Shown piece by piece: positions 1-9,913 of a stretch of 64,000 nt of DNA. Source of the stretch: Candidatus Marinacidobacterales bacterium (GTDB lineage: Bacteria; Acidobacteriota; Vicinamibacteria; Marinacidobacterales; SMYC01); assembly GCA_965250115.1 (NCBI GenBank), contig CBDFNJ010000002.1, positions 270,966 through 334,965 on the forward strand, read 5' to 3'. Below the pieces are notes generated by a model. It ran no database searches. It was not told the origin of the DNA and worked only from the letters and a program-made list of their open reading frames with translations. Position 1 is the stretch's first letter. Each line of letters begins with the position of its first letter. The translations under genes and the position numbers were made by a program.

Positions 1-318
1 CGATTCACCGAGCTTCCAGCACAAGAGGACTTCGCGGCCCTCCCAAATCGTGGGGAAATCGATGAGACCAGACTCCAAGTCCTTGAGTTCGCAGCCTTCC
101 TGGCAGATCTCCTCGAGCGTCTCCCGAAACTCGGAGAGCGCCTCGATGTAGGCAGGCGCGACGGGTATACCTCCGCGAAGCGTGATCTCCTCGGAGGTTG
201 GGCTGGCGAAATCCCACATTTTGAGCTTCGTATAGACCGCGCGAAGCGATCTGAGCCTCCCGCTCAAAAAGGGAATGAGCTCGTTGGCTTCGTGAACGGT
301 GAAGCAACGTCTCTCCAT
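1..318 (-). CDS. DUF2203 family protein (3' end runs off the window). I re-framed this: the 5..355 ORF in the track is a different frame.
   Basis: My own translation of the reverse complement from the ATG at 318 gives MERRCFTVHEANELIPFLSGRLRSLRAVYTKLKMWDFASP...DFPTIWEGREVLLCWKLGE, open to position 1. The motifs (FTxxEAN..LP, W.GxEVxLCWK) match the DUF2203 family. Confidence 0.5.
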   Translation of the reverse strand, partial: MERRCFTVHEANELIPFLSGRLRSLRAVYTKLKMWDFASPTSEEITLRGGIPVAPAYIEALSEFRETLEEICQEGCELKDLESGLIDFPTIWEGREVLLCWKLGES

Positions 319-392
319 CGCGACTCAGTGTAGCCAAAATCACAGCGCCGAACAAATCGATGTGAAGCCCTGTGCTAGACTACGCTTGATCC

Positions 393-1409
393 GTGCCGGA
401 TGCTACGCCGCCCTCACTGCCGGCGCGGAGGGAGATCACTTTGAGACAGGTCAACCGTTGTCGTGCTTTATCTCCGCGCTGGATCGCAACTTCGCTCTTG
501 GCGCTGTCCCTCACGAGTCCAGCTCCCGCGGGCCTGGCCCAGGACCGCGAACAGGAGGAGCGCTTCCAGTTTCGCGCCACCGTCCAAGCCATCAACTTGA
601 GCGTCGTCGTTACGGACAAGAAAGGGCGGTTCATACCCGATTTGACCGAGGTCGACTTCGAAGTCCTGGAGGACGGAATACCGCAGGAAATCGGCTTTTT
701 CACGGCCGAGGTCACGCCCGTCACGCTGTTACTGCTTCTGGACGCATCGACCAGCGTGCGCCCGAGTGTCGACGGAATCAAGGAAGCCGCCTCGAACTTC
801 GTGGGCAAGTTGTGGGACGGCGATAAAGCGATCGTTGCCGATTTCAACGAGCGTATTCGCTTCAGCTCTCGTTTTTCCGGCGACGTGGATCGTCTGATAC
901 AGACGATCCAGTCTCTCTATCCCTCCGGTTGGACGGCGCTCTATGACGCCGTTCTTCTTTCCCTCGACAAAGTTTCCGAGGCCGAGGGACGCAAAGCGCT
1001 GCTGGTCTTTACCGACGGCGACGACTCGCGCTCGGCCGGGCAGGGAAGCGAGGCAAACTCCAAGCAGGCCATCGAGGGCGCGAAGTTCTCGGAGGTCACC
1101 ATCTATAGCGTCGGGTTCGAGGGCCGTCGCATGGCGGGAGCTAAGGGGGTGAACAAGGGATTCCTGAAGAAACTGTCCGAGGAGACGGGCGGTCGTTCGT
1201 TCTTTCCAGACGGTATCGGGGAGCTGAACAACGACTTCGATGCAATTCAAAACGAGCTCCACAGCCAGTATCGCCTCGCCTATGCCCCGAAGAATCTGGA
1301 ACCGAACGGCGAGTGGCGCGCAATCGACGTCCGAATCAAGAATCGGGACGATCTCGTCGTACGCACGAGAAAAGGGTACTACGCCTACACTCCCGCTCCG
1401 GCGATGTAG
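393..1409 (+). CDS. VWA-domain protein, VWFA-related acidobacterial-type; start codon uncertain, possibly a later in-frame start
   Basis: LLLLLDASTSVRP...ALYDAVLLSLDKV...ALLVFTDGDDSRS is a von Willebrand A MIDAS-type motif. The N-terminus has a hydrophobic signal-like segment. Confidence 0.8.
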   Translation: MPDATPPSLPARREITLRQVNRCRALSPRWIATSLLALSLTSPAPAGLAQDREQEERFQFRATVQAINLSVVVTDKKGRFIPDLTEVDFEVLEDGIPQEIGFFTAEVTPVTLLLLLDASTSVRPSVDGIKEAASNFVGKLWDGDKAIVADFNERIRFSSRFSGDVDRLIQTIQSLYPSGWTALYDAVLLSLDKVSEAEGRKALLVFTDGDDSRSAGQGSEANSKQAIEGAKFSEVTIYSVGFEGRRMAGAKGVNKGFLKKLSEETGGRSFFPDGIGELNNDFDAIQNELHSQYRLAYAPKNLEPNGEWRAIDVRIKNRDDLVVRTRKGYYAYTPAPAM

Positions 1410-1415
1410 ATCCGT

Positions 1416-2570
1416 TCAACGATAGGGTTTTTTCGAGTAGCGTCGGGCGAGCTCGTTGGTCGACTCGTCGACGTCGAGAGTGAGAGCGCGGCGGTAATCC
1501 CACTCTGCTGCCTTCCTCCTGCCGAGGGCGTCGGACGCCATACCCCGGCGCAAGAAAATCCGGGCCTTGATGTGGTCCGGTACCCATGGAGCTCCGAGCG
1601 CGCGGTCGAGCTCCATGCTTGCTCTTGCGAAGTCCTTTGCGAAGAGGTAGCTCTCGGCCAGCTTCAAGCGCAGCATCGAGGTCTCGATACGGTCGTAGTG
1701 GGGCAAACCCTCTGCCTGACTCGCGAGCATCGTCTCGAACACTCGCCGTGCCGCGCCGAAATCTCGCCTCAGCAGATGTACGCTACCGGTCTCGAAGGGC
1801 AGAAGTGGGTTCCTGGGGAATTCGGCTTCGAGCTCCCGGAGCGTGCCGAGAGCGTCTCGATAGCTCTTTTCCCGCTGATACATGACGTTCAAGGACAGTC
1901 GAGCCACCCAACGAGTGCGCCGGCCCTCCTCGACGGCGCGCTTCACGAGTTTCAACCCTTGGGTCTTCGAGCCGCGAATGCCGACGAGAAACCCCGCGAT
2001 GCGCAGCGTCTTCGGGAGAGTGGCCACCGTGTACTCGTAGATCCCGAGAAGGAGGTAAGCGTCCGCGTAGCTGGGATCGAGCTCGAGCAGTTGCAGGTGA
2101 AAGGTCTTGGCCCTCTTTCCAGCTCGATAGGAGCGATAGTAATTGTGTGCGATGACGGCATGGTAGGCGCTCAACAGTCCTTCCGCCGCACCCAGAAAGA
2201 AGAGCGCCTCGAGATGTTTCGGAGTCGCCGCCAAGAGCGCTTCGGACCGCGCGGTCGCCTCCCCGAGGAGTCGAAAGAACTCGCGCTCGAGCTCCGGTTT
2301 CGGCGGCGCTATTCTCTTTCTGGACCAGTAGTTGCCCGTGCGGAACGTGGTTCCCAGCATGCCGCCCCGTCGCGCAAACTCCTCCATCCACAGCGCGCTC
2401 GCTTTGTAGTAGGGGCCCGCGGGCGATTCGGGCGCTCGCCGGTCGAGCTCCGAAAAGATCCTTCGAGCCTCGGCGAACTCCAGATTGTAGAGGTGTGACC
2501 GCCCCTGCTCCTCGAGCGCGGTCGGGTTCACGCTTCCGATCGCCAGGAACAAAACGAGCGCGACGTTCAT
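1416..2570 (-). CDS. Secreted tetratricopeptide-like repeat protein
   Basis: Signal-peptide-like N-terminus MNVALVLFLAIGS. Helical-repeat composition rich in A, L, Y and R; 384 aa. Confidence 0.55.
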   Translation of the reverse strand: MNVALVLFLAIGSVNPTALEEQGRSHLYNLEFAEARRIFSELDRRAPESPAGPYYKASALWMEEFARRGGMLGTTFRTGNYWSRKRIAPPKPELEREFFRLLGEATARSEALLAATPKHLEALFFLGAAEGLLSAYHAVIAHNYYRSYRAGKRAKTFHLQLLELDPSYADAYLLLGIYEYTVATLPKTLRIAGFLVGIRGSKTQGLKLVKRAVEEGRRTRWVARLSLNVMYQREKSYRDALGTLRELEAEFPRNPLLPFETGSVHLLRRDFGAARRVFETMLASQAEGLPHYDRIETSMLRLKLAESYLFAKDFARASMELDRALGAPWVPDHIKARIFLRRGMASDALGRRKAAEWDYRRALTLDVDESTNELARRYSKKPYR

Positions 2571-2621
2571 CTACCCACTTCGACTGTAGCAAACATCGCC
2601 GCATGTTAGAATCATTGCCGC

Positions 2622-3182
2622 ATGGACGAGAAGCTCGAGACGAAGCTCGTCGCGCGGCGCTCGATCTATCGCGGCCGGATCGTCCACCTGGACGTGGACC
2701 GTGTCATCGAGCCCTCGGGTCAGGAAGTCGAGCGCGAGGTCATCCGTCATGGCGGTGCGGCGGTCCTGCTCGCGGTCACGAACGAAGGTCGGGTCGTGCT
2801 CGTTCGACAGTATCGCTACGCATCCGGTGAGCTCATGCTGGAAGTGCCAGCCGGTACCATCGAGCCGGGCGAATCGCCAGATGAGACCGCGAGGCGAGAG
2901 TTGGTCGAAGAGACGGGCTACTACCCCAATCGCCTGGAGAAGCTGACGGAATTCTTTCCCTCCCCCGGTATCTTGACTGAGCTGATGCATCTGTATCTCG
3001 CGACCGATCTCGACGAGCGTGAGGCTTCCCCGGACGACGACGAGAACCTCGAGCTCGTCGAGCTGTCCATCAACGACGCCCTGGCGCTCCAGGTCGGCAA
3101 AGACCTTCGGGACGCGAAGACGATTATCGCCCTCTCCTATCTCCGAACCCTTCCTGTTTTCGCGTCCTCCCGGAAGCCTTGA
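2622..3182 (+). CDS. NUDIX hydrolase (ADP-ribose pyrophosphatase-like)
   Basis: The NUDIX box GEx7REUxEExGU is present in EVPAGTIEPGESPDETARRELVEETGY. Confidence 0.85.
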   Translation: MDEKLETKLVARRSIYRGRIVHLDVDRVIEPSGQEVEREVIRHGGAAVLLAVTNEGRVVLVRQYRYASGELMLEVPAGTIEPGESPDETARRELVEETGYYPNRLEKLTEFFPSPGILTELMHLYLATDLDEREASPDDDENLELVELSINDALALQVGKDLRDAKTIIALSYLRTLPVFASSRKP

Positions 3183-5713
3183 AGAAATCGGTCTTCGCGG
3201 CGCTGGTCGTCGTCGGCCTCGCGCTCTCCCTTCTCCTTCGGTTTGGTGTGCGACTACCCTTGTTCGAGGGCGCCTTCAAGCTCGATAACCCTCGGCTTCT
3301 CGTCTCACTGCCCAGCTTTCTCCTCGTCGTCTTCGCCCTCGTCGCGGCATTCTCCATTGCGCTCCTTCTGTCGAGGGGGGCCAGCCTATGGGAGGCGTGT
3401 CTTTCCTTCGCACCCGCCAGTCTCGCGCTCGCGGTCTTCGTTCCCGGAGTCTTCAGCATCGCTCCCTTCACGGCGTCGTTCTCGGGGCGATTGCTCGATG
3501 TCCTGCTCGTGGCATGCCTCGTCGTGGCCGTGTGGCGGATTCTGGAGAAACGCCCTCTCTCCATTGCGCCAAGCGCTGGACTCGTGGCGATAGCAGCCTT
3601 TGGTCTCTACGTGTTGGTTGGATGGAAAATGGGGCACGACGTCGGCCTGTCCGGAGACGAGCCTCACTACCTTCTTGTCGTGGAGAGCCTTCTGCGCGAC
3701 GGCGATCTCGCCGTCGCCAACAACTACCGTGAGGAGCACTACGCGAGTTTCTACAGTGGCAAGATAGGACCCCACCTCGCGAGGGGAACACCCTATTCGG
3801 TACACGGCATCGGCCTTCCGCTCTTGCTCCTGCCGGGCTACGCACTCTTCGGCTTGACTGGAGTGCTCCTGACCGAAGCGCTGCTCTCGGCGCTCATCCT
3901 CCACGGAATCTTCAGAATCGTGAGGACGAGTCTAAAGAGCGCTGATGCCGGGCTCCTGGCGGTACTGGTCTTCGGCTGCACGGCGCCGGGGCTCTTTCTT
4001 TCTGTGTCGGCCTATCCAGAACTGCCGGCCACGCTCGTCGTCGTCCTCGTTGTCGCACGCCTCGTGAGAGCGGACCCCGAGGTCTCGTGGCGTGTGTTTG
4101 CCTGGGCCGGCCTCGTCGGCTCTCTGCCTTTCTTCCACATGAAGTTCGTCCCGCTCGCCCTGGTGCTCTGGGGCGCGATGGCTCACCGTTGGGGACGGAG
4201 GTGCGCCGTTCTGCTCGGAGCCGGAGTCCTCGTTTCAGCTCTGGCCCTTTTTGGCTTTTTCTACTCGACCTCGGGAAGCATCGATCCGACGGCGTCCTAC
4301 GGCCGCCAGAGGATCTTCTTCGATCGCATTCCGGTCGGTCTCCTCGGGTTGCTCTTCGATCAGGAGTTCGGGCTCTTGATCGCATCCCCGGTGTATCTTC
4401 TCGGACTTTGCGGGCTCGTCGCCCTTTCACGTCGTCACCCGTTTCTCGGGATCGTGACCACGGCTACGCTTGCGGCGGTGTCGCTTCCTGGAGCGGCCCA
4501 TCCACTCTGGTCCGGTGGAAACTCACCGCCGGCCCGGTTTCTGTTTCCGGCGCTTCCCCTGCTCGCGGTCGCCGCCGCGGCTTACGTCGCTACACCCGGT
4601 GCTCGCTTCGGTCTCGGCTCGTGGAGGCGCTCTCTGTTCGCTCTGAGCGTCGCTCTTGCGGGCGCGATGCTCGTCCTGCCTGGACAACCCTTGTATCTGA
4701 ACGCGCGCGATGGGACCGGACGCATTTGGGAAGCACTGTCGAGCTCCTGGGACGTGGCGGCTTATCTGCCTTCCGTCGTCCGAGGTGACCCGCGGTCGCT
4801 CGTGTGGTCGGCGGCGGCGGCGGGTTTCGTCGTTTTCGCCCTCGCCATGGATTGGCTTGGACGTCGATTCGTCGTCCCATCTTTCGTGACCTTCGTGCTC
4901 GCTCTGGCCTGGATACAGGATCTATCGGGAGTTCGGATCGAGCGGAACCTGGAAGGTCGATGGACCTCGTCGTTCCTGCTCGGAGCCGAGCACGCAAAAG
5001 GCTCCCGTTTCCTCGTATTGCCTGAGCGTGAGAGCCTGGGACTCGACGAAGTCCTCGAGCGCGTCACCCTGCCTATCGGGCCGAGGTCCCCCGACGGCGA
5101 CCCGAGTCATTGGTGGAGTCGTCGTTACCGCCTCCCTGCCGGAGAGCTCGAGATTGTCGGCGTATCGCCGGATGGTCTCGCGCTTTGTAACGGAGGCGGC
5201 TGTTTCGCAGAGAGCGAGACCAGATTTTTCTCGAGGGTTGGGTTGGCCCAGTTTCATCTGCGGGCGCGAGCGCTCCTTGGGCCCGTGCGAGTGAGGCTCG
5301 TTCGGCCTCTGCCGACGCTCGCCGAGGCTCTTCAGAGCCTTCGCTCTCCCAGTGGTGCGAGACTCCATGCCCTCGACGACGAAGTCTATCTCGATCCGAG
5401 CGGCTTCTGGGTCAAGGGTGCGTCGCGAGCTCGTTTCGTTCTTGAAACGCCGAATCGATGCGCGAAGGGTTGTGCCCTCCAGTTGGAAGGGGGGGGCATC
5501 GATAACTGGGTTACCGTCACGACCGAGTCGGGAAGCGATCGCCTTCGCCTTCGCGCCCGCGAAAAGAAAATCGTTCCGATCCGCCCAGAAACAGCGCTCA
5601 CCGGGCTCGAGCTCGCGAGCGAAGGGAGCTTCCGTCCGAGCGAGCTCGACAGGAGCTCCTTCGACCACCGAGCGCTCGGAGTGCTTGTGCGCCCTTTTGA
5701 CTTGAGCCGGTAG
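3179..5713 (+). CDS. Large polytopic membrane protein, possibly a GT-C-fold glycosyltransferase-like enzyme
   Basis: 844 aa with at least 12 predicted hydrophobic helices in the N-terminal 550 aa, followed by a soluble C-terminal domain. Loop motif GDEPHYLLVVESLLRDGDLAVANNY. The start overlaps the NUDIX stop (ATGA-type coupling). Confidence 0.55.
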   Translation: MKKSVFAALVVVGLALSLLLRFGVRLPLFEGAFKLDNPRLLVSLPSFLLVVFALVAAFSIALLLSRGASLWEACLSFAPASLALAVFVPGVFSIAPFTASFSGRLLDVLLVACLVVAVWRILEKRPLSIAPSAGLVAIAAFGLYVLVGWKMGHDVGLSGDEPHYLLVVESLLRDGDLAVANNYREEHYASFYSGKIGPHLARGTPYSVHGIGLPLLLLPGYALFGLTGVLLTEALLSALILHGIFRIVRTSLKSADAGLLAVLVFGCTAPGLFLSVSAYPELPATLVVVLVVARLVRADPEVSWRVFAWAGLVGSLPFFHMKFVPLALVLWGAMAHRWGRRCAVLLGAGVLVSALALFGFFYSTSGSIDPTASYGRQRIFFDRIPVGLLGLLFDQEFGLLIASPVYLLGLCGLVALSRRHPFLGIVTTATLAAVSLPGAAHPLWSGGNSPPARFLFPALPLLAVAAAAYVATPGARFGLGSWRRSLFALSVALAGAMLVLPGQPLYLNARDGTGRIWEALSSSWDVAAYLPSVVRGDPRSLVWSAAAAGFVVFALAMDWLGRRFVVPSFVTFVLALAWIQDLSGVRIERNLEGRWTSSFLLGAEHAKGSRFLVLPERESLGLDEVLERVTLPIGPRSPDGDPSHWWSRRYRLPAGELEIVGVSPDGLALCNGGGCFAESETRFFSRVGLAQFHLRARALLGPVRVRLVRPLPTLAEALQSLRSPSGARLHALDDEVYLDPSGFWVKGASRARFVLETPNRCAKGCALQLEGGGIDNWVTVTTESGSDRLRLRAREKKIVPIRPETALTGLELASEGSFRPSELDRSSFDHRALGVLVRPFDLSR

Positions 5714-5798
5714 GGTTCCGGATAATAGTCATATAGACAATCCGCGCCCGCAATTTGGATAGCGCCGGCTAACGTCACCTAAGGTAACTGAATTCTAC

Positions 5799-6638
5799 GT
5801 GTCGTCGAACAATCGTTTCTTCTCCGGTCCCTCGCCAAGGCTATTCGGCCATCGGGGCGCGAGTGCGAGTGCCCCCGAGAATACCCTCGAGTCATTTCGC
5901 CTCGCTTGCGAGCAAGGCGCGTCCTATATCGAGCTCGACGTGCATTTGAGCTCGGATGGTGAGGTCGTCGTGATTCACGACCACTCCGTATCGCGGACGA
6001 CCGGTCGCCGCGGCAGAGTCGAAAACATGACGCTCGGCGAGCTTCGGAAGCTCGACGCGGGTTACAAATTCACGGGAGACCACGGGCGGACATTTCCCTA
6101 TCGGGATAGAGGCATCACGATCTCGACCCTGGACGAAGTGCTCGAGGCCTTTCCCGACCTTGGGATCGTAATCGAGCTCAAACGCACCCGCGAGCAACTC
6201 GTCATGGCTATGGCTCAGAAACTCCGCGCGCAGGACGCCGAGGCTCGGGTCATCGTCGCGTCGCACGAGCACCGTCTGATTGCCGGGTTTCGCGAACAAG
6301 CGCCTTTGGTCGCGACCAGCTTCAGCAAGGACGAGGTACGCGATTTCATCGGGCGGGTGCGAAGTGGCTCGCTCCAGGGTTATCGACCGCCGGGTGTCGC
6401 GTTCCAGGTTCCCGAGTACAAGGGACTGAGGCGCGTCGTCTCGAAACCGGTGATCGATGCCGTGCACCGCTTCGACGTCGAAGTGCACGTTTGGACCGTG
6501 AACGAGCCCGTACACATTTCCCGCCTGCTCGATTGGGGCGTTGACGGCATCATGACCGACGATCCGGCCCGTGCAGTCAGAAACGTCGACGCCCTTCGGG
6601 GGCTCGTTCTAGCTCGAGATACCAGTCATGCGCTTTGA
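5799..6638 (+). CDS. Glycerophosphodiester phosphodiesterase (GDPD family)
   Basis: FGHRGASASAPENTLESFRLACEQGASYIELDVHLSSDGEVVVIHD is the canonical GDPD N-terminal motif. Confidence 0.85.
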   Translation: MSSNNRFFSGPSPRLFGHRGASASAPENTLESFRLACEQGASYIELDVHLSSDGEVVVIHDHSVSRTTGRRGRVENMTLGELRKLDAGYKFTGDHGRTFPYRDRGITISTLDEVLEAFPDLGIVIELKRTREQLVMAMAQKLRAQDAEARVIVASHEHRLIAGFREQAPLVATSFSKDEVRDFIGRVRSGSLQGYRPPGVAFQVPEYKGLRRVVSKPVIDAVHRFDVEVHVWTVNEPVHISRLLDWGVDGIMTDDPARAVRNVDALRGLVLARDTSHAL

Positions 6639-7188
6639 GCCTTTTCGTCGCCTTGCCGCCTTCCTCTTCTTGTTCGCATTGGGTCTCAGTGGAGCGTCCT
6701 GTAACAAGAATCCTGGCCCACAGGTGGGAGAGGCCGTGCCCGATTTCGAGCTTCCCGATTTGGACGGCCGTTTGAAACGACTGGCGGAGCTCCGTGGACA
6801 AGTCGTCGTCCTCAACTATTGGGCCACCTGGTGTCCTCCCTGCGTCGACGAGATGCCCTCTCTCGAGAAGCTCCACCAGGCGCTCGCCGACGAGGGACTG
6901 GCAGTAGTGGCGATCTCGGTGGATGAGCGCTTCAGCGATATCGCAGACTTCGTGAAGTCTTACGATCTGACCTTCACGATCCTTCATGACAACGGGCGAA
7001 AGGTCGCTCGCGCTTATAGAGCGTTCAAGTATCCGGAGACCTACATCATCGATCGGGACGGCCGCCTGAAATCCAAGGTTATCGGGCCTAGAGACTGGGT
7101 GGCGCCCACTGTCATTCGAGACCTCGTCGAGCTCCTCAAGCGAAACCGAGAGCCCGGTACGCAGGAGGAGCCCGAGAGGGAGAGCTGA
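6628..7188 (+). CDS. TlpA/ResA-like thiol:disulfide oxidoreductase (thioredoxin fold), secreted or lipoprotein
   Basis: WATWCPPC active site. N-terminal signal sequence ending LSGASC. Confidence 0.85.
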   Translation: MRFEPFRRLAAFLFLFALGLSGASCNKNPGPQVGEAVPDFELPDLDGRLKRLAELRGQVVVLNYWATWCPPCVDEMPSLEKLHQALADEGLAVVAISVDERFSDIADFVKSYDLTFTILHDNGRKVARAYRAFKYPETYIIDRDGRLKSKVIGPRDWVAPTVIRDLVELLKRNREPGTQEEPERES

Positions 7189-7205
7189 GCGAGGCTAGCC
7201 AGGTC

Positions 7206-7799
7206 ATGCACATCGGTCGACACATCGTTCAGAAGTTGGTGCTCGAGTTCGGTGAGCCCGAAGTCGAGCGATGGGATGTCGCTCTGACGAAACCCGAGCT
7301 GGACGTGGTGTTGAAACATCGGGGGCTCGGACGCGCCCATGACATTAGCCTGCTCATTTTGGACGGCGATCGCATCGCCGTGATTCGCAAGCCGGGCTAT
7401 CCCGAGGGCGGCTATCGAATTCCGTCCGGAGGTATCCATCCTGAGGAGTCCTTCGTTGACGGCGCGACCCGGGAAGCTCTGGAAGAGACCGGCCTCACGG
7501 TCAGGATCGAGGATTATCTCTTGCAGGTTCACGTGACGTTCAGCTGCGGCGACGAGAGCGCGAAATGGACCACGCACGTCATGTTGGCTCATCCCGTGGC
7601 TGGCCACCTCGAGCCCCTCGATACCGCGGAAATAGAAGGAGCCCGGTGGGTCGACTGGGTCGAGCTCACGGAGCGCCTCAACCCCGTGCTCGTGGGCGCT
7701 GAGGGCGGTGGCCTGAAGTACCGCGCACGGCTCCATCAGAGGCTTCGCGAGCTCGTTCACCAGATTAGCGGATCGAGTCGGGCCCCTTCGTCTTCTTGA
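7206..7799 (+). CDS. NUDIX hydrolase
   Basis: NUDIX box in GGIHPEESFVDGATREALEETGL. The stop overlaps the start of the next gene at 7796. Confidence 0.75.
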   Translation: MHIGRHIVQKLVLEFGEPEVERWDVALTKPELDVVLKHRGLGRAHDISLLILDGDRIAVIRKPGYPEGGYRIPSGGIHPEESFVDGATREALEETGLTVRIEDYLLQVHVTFSCGDESAKWTTHVMLAHPVAGHLEPLDTAEIEGARWVDWVELTERLNPVLVGAEGGGLKYRARLHQRLRELVHQISGSSRAPSSS

Positions 7800-9026
7800 G
7801 GCGGAAAGGCGAGGGGCTCGTCGAGGGCAAGATGTCGCCAGCTTCCGATCTTCGTCGCGCCGAGCGACTTCGTCGTTCCGGCAAGCTCGACAAGGCCATC
7901 GAGCTCGTACGCGGAGCGCTCGCGCAGGACGGCCTGGACTTCGAGGCGCGCCACAAGCTCGCCGAGTTCCTCTTGGAGTCGGGCAACAGGGACGGAGCGA
8001 TCTCGGAATACGTGAAGCTCCAGGAGTTTCTGACAGCCGAGGGCGACCTCCTCGGCGCCATCGCTTGTGGCCTCAAAGTCGTCGAGCTCGATCCCAAGTT
8101 CGACAATCCGCTCGCCTATGTAGCCAAAGTCAAAGTCGAGAGCCTGCGAGAAGAGCAAAAGCGCAAAGCCGCGGAGACCGTTCCCATTCGCCCCATCACG
8201 CCTCTCGACGACATCCCGCTACTGTCTGAACTGACGCCGGAGGAGCTCGCAAGTGTCGCCGGGACCATGCAACGGCACGAGTATCAGGACGGCGACGTCA
8301 TCTTTTCGGAGGGCGACGCGGGCTCCTCGCTCTATTTCGTGAACCGGGGGGCTCCTGGAGGTCAAGGCCGAAAGTAGCAAGCTCAGTGTGGTGAAGCAGG
8401 GTCAGTGCTTCGGCGAGTTCTCTTTCCTGACCGGCCAGCCGAGAACCGCGAGCGTACGCGCGATCGACGCCAGCGAGCTTCTCGAGCTCTCAGCGGCAGG
8501 CATGAGGGGCGCGGTCGAAAACCACCCCCGACTCAGGGACGTCCTCTTTTCGATGTATCGGGAGCGCGCCCTCGTCAACGTCTTGTCGCTCTCGCCTCTT
8601 TTTCAAGTGCTGCCCTCGAAGGATCGCGCGAGACTCGCGCCGCGGTTCAAACTCGTGACGTTAAGGCGGGGCGATGCGGTGTTCCAGGAAGGTGAGCAAG
8701 GTGGTGCCCTCTATCTGATCAAGGACGGTGCCATGGAGGTACGGGCCACCATCGATGGCTACTCCCTGCGTCTCGCGACGCTGACGAAGCATCAGTTCTT
8801 CGGGGAAGTCTCGTTTCTCACCGGTGTCCCGCGCACGGCGACCATCCACGCGCTGGAGGATTCGGAGCTGATGAAAATCGAGGAGGGCGAGCTGCGCGAG
8901 CTCCTCCGCCATCATCCTTACATGAAGGAGGTTCTGTCGCGGTATCACCTTGATCGGGTGACGGCGACGGCGGAGACGCTTAAAGCTTTTATGAAGAGCG
9001 ATCGGGTCGAGGGTATCGTCAGCTGA
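7796..9026 (+). CDS. Helical (TPR-like) N-domain plus two tandem cyclic-nucleotide-binding domains. The reading frame is broken at a G6 run (8346..8351), either a frameshift or a sequencing error. The track splits this gene into 7796..8377 and 8388..9026.
   Basis: The first cNMP domain begins DGDVIFSEGDAGSSLYFVNRG and then frame-shifts. Removing one G restores ...LLEVKAESSKLSVVKQGQCFGEFSFLTGQPRTASVRA. The second cNMP domain is intact (RGDAVFQEGEQGGALYLIKDGAMEV...FGEVSFLTGVPRTATIHA). Confidence 0.7.
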
Positions 9027-9053
9027 ACGAAGCCGATTTTTTCGGCACCACTG

Positions 9054-9284
9054 CTAGAGGTCGTCCTCGTCGACGTCGTCGCCCAGCATATCTTCCTCGA
9101 GGGGCTCGGGAAGCTCGTCCGGGGTGAACGCTTCCACGGCACCCACGTCCATTTCCTGAATCGCGATTGCGGCCGGCTTGCGCGACTTCGTTTGCACTTT
9201 AGGAGCAGCACCCTGCATGAGCTGACGGGCGCGCTGAGCGGCGATATTGACTCTCATGAACATTCCGGCATCGTCTACATCCAA
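9054..9284 (-). CDS. rpoZ: DNA-directed RNA polymerase subunit omega
   Basis: RVNIAAQRARQLMQGA...KPAAIAIQEM matches the RpoZ core (AAxRARQL ... IALxEI). Acidic C-terminal tail. Confidence 0.55.
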   Translation of the reverse strand: MDVDDAGMFMRVNIAAQRARQLMQGAAPKVQTKSRKPAAIAIQEMDVGAVEAFTPDELPEPLEEDMLGDDVDEDDL

Positions 9285-9466
9285 CGTGGGTTCCTCCTCG
9301 AATTAGAAAACTCCCAATTATAGCACGCCGAAGGGAGGTCCGACCGACCGAAGCAGTTGGTCCCTCGGAGAGACACTTTGTGGTATTGTGACCATCGAAG
9401 GCTGACCAATTCGAAGCTCGGCCTCGAGGAAGAGCGCTGAAACTGGCCGGTTTCGCGCGGGCTCCC

Positions 9467-9844
9467 TTGGAAAAGGGAGTCGGGGAGGATTTCATGCACT
9501 CGGAAGTAGGCCAGCGTATCCGTGGGCTGCGTCAGAAAAAGGGGATGCTCCAGGAGGAGCTGGCGCGTAAGGCCGGCTTGTCACCCTCGGCGCTCTCGAA
9601 CTTCGAACAGGGGCGCCGCCGGACGTCCCTCGACTGGCTCCGGAAGATAAGTCTGGCGCTCGGAGTTCAGATGTCGGATTTGATTCCGGAGAGCAGGACC
9701 AGAAAGCCGCTCGCCGAGTCGAAGGATGAGGAGAAACTCCTGAGCCACTGGCGGAAGATCGGCAATCCCGACCTTCAGGACCAGCTCTTGGAAGTCGTCG
9801 AGACCTCGGCGAGCGCGGGTGCCCGAGCCGCGAAGACTCGCTAG
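9467..9844 (+). CDS. XRE-family helix-turn-helix transcriptional regulator (likely true start at the ATG near 9494, MHSEVG...)
   Basis: VGQRIRGLRQKKGMLQEELARKAGLSPSALSNFEQGRR is an HTH_XRE signature. Confidence 0.75.
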   Translation: MEKGVGEDFMHSEVGQRIRGLRQKKGMLQEELARKAGLSPSALSNFEQGRRRTSLDWLRKISLALGVQMSDLIPESRTRKPLAESKDEEKLLSHWRKIGNPDLQDQLLEVVETSASAGARAAKTR

Positions 9845-9913
9845 TCGTTCGTAACGACCCCTCACCCACCGCGCTGCGAGCGGGCTGAAGGCTCCTCCCC
9901 AGAGGGGAGAGGG

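Noticed and set aside
5-355. Track ORF on the minus strand (116 aa)
   Set aside because: Arginine-rich junk frame. The adjacent frame from the ATG at 318 gives a clean DUF2203-like protein, so the real CDS is 1..318.
393-2570. VWA + TPR pair as a BatA-D aerotolerance-like operon
   Set aside because: Only a single VWA gene and a convergent TPR gene. No MoxR ATPase and no BatB/C/D-type neighbours in the window.
9870-9913. Short hairpin ctcctcccc-aga-ggggagagg downstream of the XRE gene
   Set aside because: Short stem without a T-tract on either strand. Possibly a weak terminator, not reportable as a feature.
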